DNA of 64,000 bases from IMG/VR virus record IMGVR_UViG_3300031951_000023. The stretch is one strand, 5' to 3'. Shown one piece after another: positions 1-7,531 of this stretch; the stretch's first letter is position 1; each line of letters begins with the position of its first letter. The position numbers were made by a program, and so were the translations under genes. The DNA comes from an uncultured virus (IMG/VR IMGVR_UViG_3300031951_000023). Taxonomy: Duplodnaviria; Heunggongvirae; Uroviricota; Caudoviricetes. The notes below the pieces were generated by a model. That model did not search any database. It was not told the DNA's origin and saw only the letters and a list, made by a program, of their open reading frames with translations.

Positions 1-127
1 TTGAAGGCCGATATATAGTAGCCACCTGTCGAAATAATATTGTATCATGGTCGGATAATTACTGGGAAAATGACCGTTGGGAAATTAAGCCGGTGGATTA
101 CTGGCGACCAATCGGCCCGCTGCCGGG
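1..127 (+). repeat. 127-bp exact direct repeat, copy 1 (may extend left of the window)
   Basis: Identical base by base to 982-1108. Confidence 0.95.
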
Positions 128-137
128 AGGCGAGTGA
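1..137 (+). CDS. 3' end of DUF551-like small phage protein (truncated by window edge)
   Basis: Frame from nt 3 reads EGRYIVATCRNNIVSWSDNYWENDRWEIKPVDYWRPIGPLPGGE*, identical to the C-terminal half of ORF 837-1124 except for the last residues. Confidence 0.75.
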   Translation, partial: EGRYIVATCRNNIVSWSDNYWENDRWEIKPVDYWRPIGPLPGGE

Positions 138-202
138 ACCACGGCGACACCTGCCGTTCTGTGGTGTGACTCCAGAGAGATGGAATGCTACGAGGTGACA
201 AC

Positions 203-499
203 ATGACTGACGATAAGAGTGTTCCGGGTTTCTGGACTAGTTCGTGCTGTGCTTATTCCGACAGCCACCAGAGGATGCCTGTACTAGCTGCTGAGCCAAA
301 CGGCGACAGCAGCAGGTACGGGTACTTGAAGTACCTTTCGTTCAAGGACAACAAGGCATCCCTGCAAGTTGGTGCGATTTCTGGCGAAGATGGCAAAAAC
401 ATCAAGTTTTACGATGTTCCAGACGCTGTTGCTGAGGCTGCTATTAAGGCAGCGATGTCGGTTGTGACTGCTTGGTACAACGGCAGAGTTGGTGGCTAA
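203..499 (+). CDS. hypothetical protein
   Basis: ORF 185-499; GAGGTG RBS favours ATG 203. Confidence 0.6.
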   Translation: MTDDKSVPGFWTSSCCAYSDSHQRMPVLAAEPNGDSSRYGYLKYLSFKDNKASLQVGAISGEDGKNIKFYDVPDAVAEAAIKAAMSVVTAWYNGRVGG

Positions 500-558
500 A
501 CGGTTGTTTGTGCCCAGCTAGTCTTTGCGACTGGCTGGGCGTTCAGCGGGAGGATGCA

Positions 559-837
559 ATGGGCGACCGTGATGTGGACTGGCTCGACCAGTTGTGCGAA
601 GCGGACGAGAAAATTGCTGAGCTTGAGTCGGAGAACGCCAAGCTGCGTGAACAGCTCCGCTGGCGTGACGCGTATGGTGAATCGCCAACGGAGGAAGGCA
701 TCTACCTTGTGATAAATAACGACTTCGATGGTTGCACAAGCATCCACGCCACTTACTGGAAAGGCAAGTGGCCAATCGGTTTTACGGTTCCATACTGGCG
801 ACCAATCGGCCCGCTGCCGGGCGAAGGAGGTGAGTGA
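559..837 (+). CDS. DUF551-like small phage protein with coiled-coil N-terminus
   Basis: GGAGG RBS before ATG 559; LRWRDA..ESPT..GIYLV...YWRPIGPLPG pattern. Confidence 0.7.
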   Translation: MGDRDVDWLDQLCEADEKIAELESENAKLREQLRWRDAYGESPTEEGIYLVINNDFDGCTSIHATYWKGKWPIGFTVPYWRPIGPLPGEGGE

Positions 838-1124
838 TGAGTGAGGATGACAATGACCCAGCTTTCTACTGGGAAAGGATGTTCAAAAACCTTATATGGG
901 AAAACTCCAGACTGCTGGAGCAACTCGTAAAACTGGAAGACCTGAATCGCTGGCGGAATGCTCACACCGAGCCGCCTACCCTTGAAGGCCGATATATAGT
1001 AGCCACCTGTCGAAATAATATTGTATCATGGTCGGATAATTACTGGGAAAATGACCGTTGGGAAATTAAGCCGGTGGATTACTGGCGACCAATCGGCCCG
1101 CTGCCGGGCGAAGGAGGGGAGTGA
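837..1124 (+). CDS. DUF551-like small phage protein
   Basis: TGATG stop/start overlap; RWRNAHTEPPT.EGRYIV...YWRPIGPLPGEGGE. Confidence 0.7.
   Translation: MSEDDNDPAFYWERMFKNLIWENSRLLEQLVKLEDLNRWRNAHTEPPTLEGRYIVATCRNNIVSWSDNYWENDRWEIKPVDYWRPIGPLPGEGGE
982..1108 (+). repeat. 127-bp exact direct repeat, copy 2
   Basis: Identical to 1-127. Confidence 0.95.
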
Positions 1125-1423
1125 TGAGTGACACGCCAATAGGCCGGATTATCGGCAAGTGGCCGGGAGATGAAACAGAGGAAGAAATAACCGAGGCACT
1201 TAACCAGCTTGGGAAATGTCAGAAGTGCAGGAATCTGGAAGATTTGCTTCGCTGGCGTGATGCGTGGGGCGAACCGCCGACAGGGCACGGCAATTACCTT
1301 GTTCAGCGGCACGAATTTTACGGTGGGGCTGAACTCATGGTTCTGCATTGGAATGGAAGATGGCCACTCCGGGCTATATCGCATTGGCGACCAATCGGTG
1401 AACTTCCGGGAGAAGTAGGTTAA
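1124..1423 (+). CDS. DUF551-like small phage protein
   Basis: LRWRDAWGEPPTGHGNYLV...HWRPIGELPGEVG. Confidence 0.7.
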   Translation: MSDTPIGRIIGKWPGDETEEEITEALNQLGKCQKCRNLEDLLRWRDAWGEPPTGHGNYLVQRHEFYGGAELMVLHWNGRWPLRAISHWRPIGELPGEVG

Positions 1424-1425
1424 TT

Positions 1426-1707
1426 ATGGATCTTCCAGTTGACTATACGATATTAAGCAGAGTGCAAAGAAAAAAAGTTAGAGAAGAGTATGTTCTACTT
1501 CAAGAAGGCAGGTGCAGTCACTGCGGGGAGGCTTTAGACGGTCCAGCTTCTTTTGAAGTAATGGAAAAACAAATAAACCTCAAGATTTTTCCAAAAGGTT
1601 TTCTAAAGTATCCGGTCCATTTACACCACTGCCACGACACAGGAATGACCGTCGGTGCAGTTCATTGCTACTGTAATGCTGTTCTTTTTCAGTATTACGG
1701 GAAGTAA
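1426..1707 (+). CDS. recombination endonuclease VII-like (His-Me finger) protein
   Basis: QEGRCSHCG...VHLHHCHDTG..VGAVHCYCNAVL matches the endonuclease VII pattern. Confidence 0.75.
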   Translation: MDLPVDYTILSRVQRKKVREEYVLLQEGRCSHCGEALDGPASFEVMEKQINLKIFPKGFLKYPVHLHHCHDTGMTVGAVHCYCNAVLFQYYGK

Positions 1708-1735
1708 GTACACGTCGAACCAGGGGAGTAAAGTT

Positions 1736-1963
1736 TTGACAGACGACGAAAGGATAAAGGCTCTTGAGTCTCTGGTGTTGTCGTTTCAAGACATAGCTCA
1801 CGACAATGCTGACAAGTTGAAAAAGCTAAGGCTGGCAGTTCAGAAAAACTGCGGGCACTGGTACGATCCAGGATACGGCCTAAGATGCTGGGTTCCCGAT
1901 AAGTGGGTTACAGAAGCTCTTGGGTTTAAGCCTAAAGGGCCGGATTCAAACAAAGAGGAGTAA
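1736..1963 (+). CDS. hypothetical protein
   Basis: ORF 1655-1963; GGGGAG RBS before TTG 1736. Confidence 0.55.
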   Translation: MTDDERIKALESLVLSFQDIAHDNADKLKKLRLAVQKNCGHWYDPGYGLRCWVPDKWVTEALGFKPKGPDSNKEE

Positions 1964-1967
1964 CAGC

Positions 1968-2216
1968 ATGATTGATGCGCGGATAGAGGAATTGGAAAAA
2001 GAAAACCAACATTTAAAAGAAAAAATAAACGCCTTAACCACTATTTTAAAAGCCGTAGGAAAAATGATTTCTGATCAAGAAGCTATTTCAGCGCAAAGTG
2101 CCGTTGAGTTTGACGACACCTGTCCTTACTGCTCCACGTCTGAAGTATTTGAAGACGACGACGTAGACGGGCTAGCGCGATGCAACGGTTGCGGAAAGTG
2201 CTGGTTTAACAAGTGA
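1968..2216 (+). CDS. hypothetical protein, coiled coil plus C-terminal zinc ribbon
   Basis: GAGGAG RBS; CPYC...CNGC. Confidence 0.65.
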   Translation: MIDARIEELEKENQHLKEKINALTTILKAVGKMISDQEAISAQSAVEFDDTCPYCSTSEVFEDDDVDGLARCNGCGKCWFNK

Positions 2217-2285
2217 GAGCTTATCCGTTTGTTTTATTAAAAAATTAAATATTGTATTTAAAAACAGCATACAACAAGGTGTAAC

Positions 2286-2567
2286 ATGCGAGTATTACTG
2301 CTTTCTGTTGCTTCTTTTGTTATGACTGTTATTTTAGTTACTTTTTTTCAATGGAGCAGTCGCGTGGTCGCCGCAGATACTTACGAATCTTGGTTTAAAA
2401 AATTTGATGCAGAGTTAAAAAAAAGATGCGGAATAGATTGGAATGACGCTTGTGGTGACGTCGAGGTATCAATGAAGTACTTTAATTGTAAGATGACTCC
2501 AAGCGAGGCTGTAAGTTTTATGATTGATAAATATGACTTAGAAGACTTAACGGCTAATACCTGGTAA
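2286..2567 (+). CDS. hypothetical protein with N-terminal hydrophobic segment
   Basis: MRVLLLSVASFVMTVILVTFF; AAGGT RBS. Confidence 0.6.
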   Translation: MRVLLLSVASFVMTVILVTFFQWSSRVVAADTYESWFKKFDAELKKRCGIDWNDACGDVEVSMKYFNCKMTPSEAVSFMIDKYDLEDLTANTW

Positions 2568-3337
2568 TGGACGTACGTTTTAAAATAACTAGTCTCAACA
2601 AGACTAGGCTTACCAGGTGTTTGATCCAGAGCCTTTTTAGACTTAGCGTTTTTGACTTTGAAAAAATAAAAAACAAAACAAAAAAGTTTGTAAGGTTTTG
2701 GCGGCTTAAGCTAGAAGACCTTAGGAGAATAGACAAAACCATTTTGGGAATGGGTGTTGAATCTAGAATGCAATATCTTAGAAACTGCCCTCCTAGTGTT
2801 GGTTCTTTCTCCTCTGGAAGCTATAGCCCTAAAAGTTGTAAACTTAGTTTTATGTGTCCATGGTGTTGGTCTAGAAGGTATACCCAAAAGATATATCGTA
2901 AAGCCAAGAGAGCAGCTGCTCTTAATCCAGAAAGTTTATTTTATGTAATTACGGAAAGATTTGAGACTTCATGTAATGGCAAGGAGGCTTCAGAGCTACT
3001 GTCTCTGAAAACCGCCGAAGCCAATAAGGCAGTATCTAGACTGAAAAGGAGGGTTGGCATAGAGGGCGGAGCGTGCTTGTGTTACGCTTTTCCGTCAGAA
3101 AACAAAGCGTTTGTTGTAACTAAAATAGTTCTGCACACCAGCAAAGCAATTGATTTTAGTTATAGTAACAAACTTGTTTTTAAAGGTAGATCCGCATTTG
3201 TTAAGGTAGCATCGCAAATATCTTATCCTTACGGTTGCCTTTCTCCAGCTTACTCTTCAAAGTTTATGTCTGACCTCATAAGACATAGGCCTAAGAAGTC
3301 AAAGTACTTTTTTACTTTTGGTTCTTTTTACTTGTGA
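2567..3337 (+). CDS. degenerate rolling-circle replication initiator (Rep_1/pC194-like) homologue
   Basis: YLRNC...SCKLSFMCPWCWSRR zinc motif, LFYVITE (motif 1-like) and C-terminal KYFFTFGSF; no HUH histidines. Confidence 0.45.
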   Translation: MDVRFKITSLNKTRLTRCLIQSLFRLSVFDFEKIKNKTKKFVRFWRLKLEDLRRIDKTILGMGVESRMQYLRNCPPSVGSFSSGSYSPKSCKLSFMCPWCWSRRYTQKIYRKAKRAAALNPESLFYVITERFETSCNGKEASELLSLKTAEANKAVSRLKRRVGIEGGACLCYAFPSENKAFVVTKIVLHTSKAIDFSYSNKLVFKGRSAFVKVASQISYPYGCLSPAYSSKFMSDLIRHRPKKSKYFFTFGSFYL

Positions 3338-3342
3338 TTTTT

Positions 3343-3373
3343 GCGTTTGGCGTGTTGCAAGCACGCCAAACGC
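3343..3373. other. inverted repeat / hairpin, 12-bp perfect stem
   Basis: GCGTTTGGCGTG (3343-3354) pairs with CACGCCAAACGC (3362-3373). Confidence 0.85.
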
Positions 3374-3418
3374 GTGTATTATTTTTATTATTGAGATATG
3401 CGCGCATAGAGGTTAAAC

Positions 3419-3865
3419 ATGCCAAAAATAAAAGAAGAAGGCGTAAGGTTCAAAGTAGTAGTTCCTCACATACCCTATTTACCCTCTGACCAAGATTTGC
3501 CTGTCAGCTATCAGCGCGTAAATGACGATAAACCTGTTTTCCAATATATAAAATTAAAGTCCTTCCCTTTGGACGACGCTTCTTACTCTTATGAAGAGGC
3601 GATTGACGTTTTAGAGATATTCACGTCTAGGTGGCAGCTAGGACGTTGCGACCCTCTTACAGAGCCTTATGCTAAAGCTATTTCTGACTCTTCTGTTACT
3701 TTTACTCTTATGGAGTTTAAGAGCACCGAAGACGCTGAGGACTTGCTTCTTAAATTTTGTAAAAATAGAAAAAGAAAAGAAGGACTGGGAGGAAGGATGT
3801 TTTCATCAAAACAAGATGAAGACGATCAGAGTGACACAGACGATGACGTTTTAGATTTAACTTGA
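3419..3865 (+). CDS. hypothetical protein with acidic C-terminus
   Basis: GAGGT RBS; 148-aa ORF. Confidence 0.65.
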   Translation: MPKIKEEGVRFKVVVPHIPYLPSDQDLPVSYQRVNDDKPVFQYIKLKSFPLDDASYSYEEAIDVLEIFTSRWQLGRCDPLTEPYAKAISDSSVTFTLMEFKSTEDAEDLLLKFCKNRKRKEGLGGRMFSSKQDEDDQSDTDDDVLDLT

Positions 3866-3872
3866 GGTACCT

Positions 3873-4052
3873 ATGGCTGGTTATTACCCTGACGATAGAC
3901 CCGGCAACAGACCTTGTATAAAGTGCGGCAAGGTATTCAAGTCGGTCAATAAGTTAACCAACAGAGTTTGTGGCCCTTGCAACGAGACTAACTCCAAGGA
4001 AAGAAATCCAAGACCTGTTAAAAACCATTCAAATATAGATTCAGGTCAGTGA
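3873..4052 (+). CDS. small zinc-finger protein (59 aa, not in ORF track)
   Basis: GAGGT RBS; MAGYYPDDRPGNRPCIKCGKVFKSVNKLTNRVCGPCNETNSKERNPRPVKNHSNIDSGQ. Confidence 0.7.
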   Translation: MAGYYPDDRPGNRPCIKCGKVFKSVNKLTNRVCGPCNETNSKERNPRPVKNHSNIDSGQ

Positions 4053-4060
4053 GGTGCACG

Positions 4061-5539
4061 ATGTCTTTTAAAGGCGTAGCGGTTATCGGGGATGTGATGT
4101 TGGACAGGTATCTTTTTGGAGAAGTCTCCAGGATATCTCCAGAAGCCCCGGTACCGCTAGCCTTGATAAACAGGCAAAGCCAGTGCCCAGGAGGCGCGGC
4201 GCACGTAGCAGCTTGCTTAAAAGAGCTGGGTGAAAACGTAACTCTTTTTTCGGCAGTTGGAAAAGATCAAGAAGGCTCTTACCTGGAAGACCATCTTTCT
4301 TCTGTTGGCGTCAAGAGTGACTTGGTCAAGTTATCTGACTGGAACACACCTGTTAAAACAAGGATAGTATCCTGGCAGCATCATCTATTTAGATTTGATT
4401 TAGAAAAAGATATATCTACTTCTTCTGATTACAAAAATTTAACTGAAACTCTTTTTAATAGGTTTAAAAGCCAAGCGGCAAACTTTGATTGTTTGGTTGT
4501 GTCAGACTACAACAAAAAAACTATATCGTCAGCTTTGGCCGAAGGTTTGCAAAGGGTCTGCGCTTTAAAAGGTATAAAAGTTTTTGTTGACGCTAAGCCG
4601 AATACAGCCAGACTGTGGTCTGAATGCTTTTGCATAACTCCTAATTTTAAAGAAGCCTGTCAAATACTAAAAATAAACTACTCTCCAGACTTACTTGGAG
4701 ATGACGCGTATTGTGAATCTTTGACCTTGGCTTTGTCTAGGCTTATGCCCAGTTTACCTCTTATAGTAATAACTAGATCACAGCACGGTTGTTCTTACTA
4801 TGACAGATTTAGCGGTGAGTGCTCCAGCATAAAAGCTTTAACTAAAAGGCCCGCTAACGTAACTGGCGCTGGAGACGTTTTTGTTTCGGCTCTGGCTTCT
4901 GCTTTGAAATGTAACTATCCAATTAAAACTTCGGTAGCTTACGCTAATGCCGCTTCCAGCGTTGCCGTCACAAAAGAAAATACTTCTGTAGTAAGCGTTG
5001 ATGAGATAGCCGCTATATGCGCAGAAACACACGACTGTGTTCCTAAAAAATCAGAGTCTAAAATACTTACAGTACAACAGGCTGTGTCTTGGGCCAGGGC
5101 TAACAAGACTGTTCAAAATCCAATAGTGTTTACTAACGGATGCTTTGACATACTACATGACGGACACATAAGTCTTTTAGAAGAAGCCAAGAGCCTAGGC
5201 GGCAGCCTTATAGTCGCAGTAAACACAGATGAAAGCATAAAACAGCTTAAAGGCGATGGAAGGCCTTTTAATCCTTTGTCTTTGCGATTGAGGCTTCTTG
5301 CTTCTTTGTCCGTGGTTGACGCTGTTGTTCCTTTTGAACAAGACCAGCTTGTTCCTCTGATTTCAGGAATTAAACCTTCTTATCTTGTAAAAGGTTCAGA
5401 GTACGCGGGCTGTGACATACCTGGAGCAGCTGAAACAAAAAAGAATGGTGGAGATGTAAAACTTGTCCCCATGACTGAGGGCAAGAGTACAACCTCCACC
5501 ATTCTTAAAATACTTAGCTCTTCTTCACAGACGCTGTAG
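4061..5539 (+). CDS. hldE: bifunctional heptose-7-phosphate kinase / heptose-1-phosphate adenylyltransferase
   Basis: VIGDVMLDRY..G.VSRISPEAPVP and VTGAGD (PfkB-type kinase); VFTNGCFDILHDGH and VAVNTDESIKQLKGDGRP (cytidylyltransferase-like domain). Confidence 0.93.
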   Translation: MSFKGVAVIGDVMLDRYLFGEVSRISPEAPVPLALINRQSQCPGGAAHVAACLKELGENVTLFSAVGKDQEGSYLEDHLSSVGVKSDLVKLSDWNTPVKTRIVSWQHHLFRFDLEKDISTSSDYKNLTETLFNRFKSQAANFDCLVVSDYNKKTISSALAEGLQRVCALKGIKVFVDAKPNTARLWSECFCITPNFKEACQILKINYSPDLLGDDAYCESLTLALSRLMPSLPLIVITRSQHGCSYYDRFSGECSSIKALTKRPANVTGAGDVFVSALASALKCNYPIKTSVAYANAASSVAVTKENTSVVSVDEIAAICAETHDCVPKKSESKILTVQQAVSWARANKTVQNPIVFTNGCFDILHDGHISLLEEAKSLGGSLIVAVNTDESIKQLKGDGRPFNPLSLRLRLLASLSVVDAVVPFEQDQLVPLISGIKPSYLVKGSEYAGCDIPGAAETKKNGGDVKLVPMTEGKSTTSTILKILSSSSQTL

Positions 5540-6140
5540 CTGCGTCTTTTTGTTCTTGGCTGGGCTCTAGTTTCAAAAAAGAAACTATAGAGTCTACAAC
5601 TTCTTTAGGGTTTTCAATCATCTGTTCAAAACTTACGTACAAAACTTTTTCTTTGTTGTCTTTGTTCAACAACAAAAATCTTTCAGTGTTCATAGACCTG
5701 GCAGTAGAATACCTGCCAAAAAGATCAGCTGCTCTTTCCATCCTTAAATCTTTTTCAGCTTTAAGCATGTTTAACACGCTGTGGTGCGGAGTTCTTACTG
5801 GAATTATTACTAGCAGCTCTACCCCTACAGCCTCAGCTGCGTCCATGTAGTCAGGAGCAGTCATGCAAAATCTTACATCGCACGCTCCCCACATTGTTTC
5901 TTTTTTTTCAGTGAGATAATACTTTATAGACCCTTGAGAATTTCTAGGCGCGCTGTAACTTATTTTTGGATTCTCCACCTGACCGCAAAGCATGGTGTTT
6001 AGCTGCCATGCGTGATAGTCGATGATCCCCCTTGACGGGTCTTCTCCAACAGGAACTCCAAGGTTGTTAAGTATTCCTGCTACTACACTGCCTCCGGAGT
6101 AGGGAGTGTTTAAAATCAAAATGCAAGTCTTGTCAGCCAT
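5514..6140 (-). CDS. sulfotransferase-like P-loop protein
   Basis: ILILNTPYSGGSVVAGILNNLGV resembles GxxRSGTS; IPVRTP; VLYVSFEQMIENPKEVVDSIVSFL. Confidence 0.6.
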   Translation of the reverse strand: MADKTCILILNTPYSGGSVVAGILNNLGVPVGEDPSRGIIDYHAWQLNTMLCGQVENPKISYSAPRNSQGSIKYYLTEKKETMWGACDVRFCMTAPDYMDAAEAVGVELLVIIPVRTPHHSVLNMLKAEKDLRMERAADLFGRYSTARSMNTERFLLLNKDNKEKVLYVSFEQMIENPKEVVDSIVSFLKLEPSQEQKDAATASVKKS

Positions 6141-6143
6141 GAC

Positions 6144-6332
6144 TTAGTCCTTTTTGTTGTTGTTAGGCTTAGTAAAAACTCCGTCCTTTATCAACTCTTC
6201 TCTCATCACTGGGATTTCCCTTGGAGCTTCTATTCCTATACTTACTTTCAACCCATCTACTTTCACGATGGTTATTGAGATGTTGTCCCCAATCCTGATA
6301 ACCTGGTTGGGCTTTCTAGATAAAACTAACAT
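6144..6332 (-). CDS. csrA: carbon storage regulator CsrA/RsmA homologue
   Basis: [47 protein letters not shown]. Confidence 0.92.
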   Translation of the reverse strand: MLVLSRKPNQVIRIGDNISITIVKVDGLKVSIGIEAPREIPVMREELIKDGVFTKPNNNKKD

Positions 6333-6350
6333 GAAGGTCTCCTTTCCTGG

Positions 6351-6391
6351 TTGACTGGCTATACTCTAGACACTAACATTCTTGTTTTCAA
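6351..6391. promoter_or_regulatory. overlapping divergent sigma70-like promoters
   Basis: Plus strand: TTGACT(6351)-17 nt-TAACAT(6374). Minus strand: TTGAAA(6391-6386)-17 nt-TAGAGT(6368-6363). Confidence 0.5.
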
Positions 6392-6401
6392 GGAGAGAAA
6401 C

Positions 6402-7529
6402 ATGCCGTCAAAACCTATAGCCGTCCTTTCTTCAGATTGGCACCTTCTTCCAGCGGCTTGGAAGAAGTATCCGGCTATTAGAGGAGACGCGTATTACTCT
6501 CTGCAGCAAATCGTAGATCTAGCTGTATCCCTTGAAGTTCCGCTTGTAGCAGCTGGAGATTTGTTTGACAACAAAACTCCAGACAGCTTAAGCGTAAGTA
6601 TTTGTTTACATGAAATGCGTAAATTGGCAAGTGCTGGGCAAAAAGTTTATTTCATTCAAGGCCAGCATGAGCTCTCTGACCCGCCTTGGATGACGTTGTT
6701 TGATAACGCCGTAAACATACACAGCTTTGATTCTTACGGAGCTGTTTCTCCTATAGAAATAAACGGCTTACGTTGCTGTGCCATGGATATAGCTAAGCCT
6801 AGCTATTTTGTTGATTGTCTTGAAAGTGCGCACGCGTACGCTCAGAATCACGGTACTTTTGATTTGTTTATAACTCACCAAGTCTGGAAAGACTTCACTA
6901 TAAATACAAGCAGCGAGTTTTCTTTGGACGCTGTTAAGTTCTGCAAAATTTTATACACAGGAGATTACCACAGGTATGTTGATAGTAACTTCGGCAAAGT
7001 CAGGGTTCTTTCTACCGGCTCTACTTGTATGCAAAGCCATGACGAAAACCCAAGAAAGTTTGTGATTATTTTAAACGATGATTTGTCTATAACAAAATAT
7101 AGCTTGAAAACTAGGCCGTGTTTTTCTGAGTCCATAGAAGACCATGAATCACTACAGATGTTTTTGGATAGAAACCTGCAAGTCGTATTGGATAACTGGC
7201 CTATTAAAGATTTGCCTGAAGGCATCACTAAGCCTTTGATCAAAATAAAATACAATAGAAATTTACCGAATTGCCATTCTTTGCTGGCTGACAAGCTGGG
7301 CGATTGGGTCTATGAACTAGTATCGACAGACTTTGATCACGAGCGTATGGTATCTGATCCAAACGGTAGAGGTGAAATGGCGGCTATAGACATAGCCGAG
7401 TGCGTAAGCAAATTCACTGACGACCCCAATACCTATAAAGACGTAATAAGGGTGTACGGATCTGAAAACGTTTCCCTAGAATTGACGTCAATGAAAGAAG
7501 AGCATTTGGCCATTGAAGGAAAGGATTGA
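6402..7529 (+). CDS. sbcD: Mre11/SbcD (T4 gp47-like) metallophosphoesterase nuclease
   Basis: SDWH, AGDLFD, GQHE, THQ and GDYH motifs; AAGGAG RBS; adjacent to SbcC. Confidence 0.85.
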   Translation: MPSKPIAVLSSDWHLLPAAWKKYPAIRGDAYYSLQQIVDLAVSLEVPLVAAGDLFDNKTPDSLSVSICLHEMRKLASAGQKVYFIQGQHELSDPPWMTLFDNAVNIHSFDSYGAVSPIEINGLRCCAMDIAKPSYFVDCLESAHAYAQNHGTFDLFITHQVWKDFTINTSSEFSLDAVKFCKILYTGDYHRYVDSNFGKVRVLSTGSTCMQSHDENPRKFVIILNDDLSITKYSLKTRPCFSESIEDHESLQMFLDRNLQVVLDNWPIKDLPEGITKPLIKIKYNRNLPNCHSLLADKLGDWVYELVSTDFDHERMVSDPNGRGEMAAIDIAECVSKFTDDPNTYKDVIRVYGSENVSLELTSMKEEHLAIEGKD

Positions 7530-7531
7530 TC

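Noticed and set aside
1..1423. CRISPR array or DGR template/variable repeat
   Set aside because: The repeats are in-frame coding sequence separated by gene-length segments. The 127-bp copies are identical with no adenine-specific mismatches. No cas or reverse transcriptase gene is in the window
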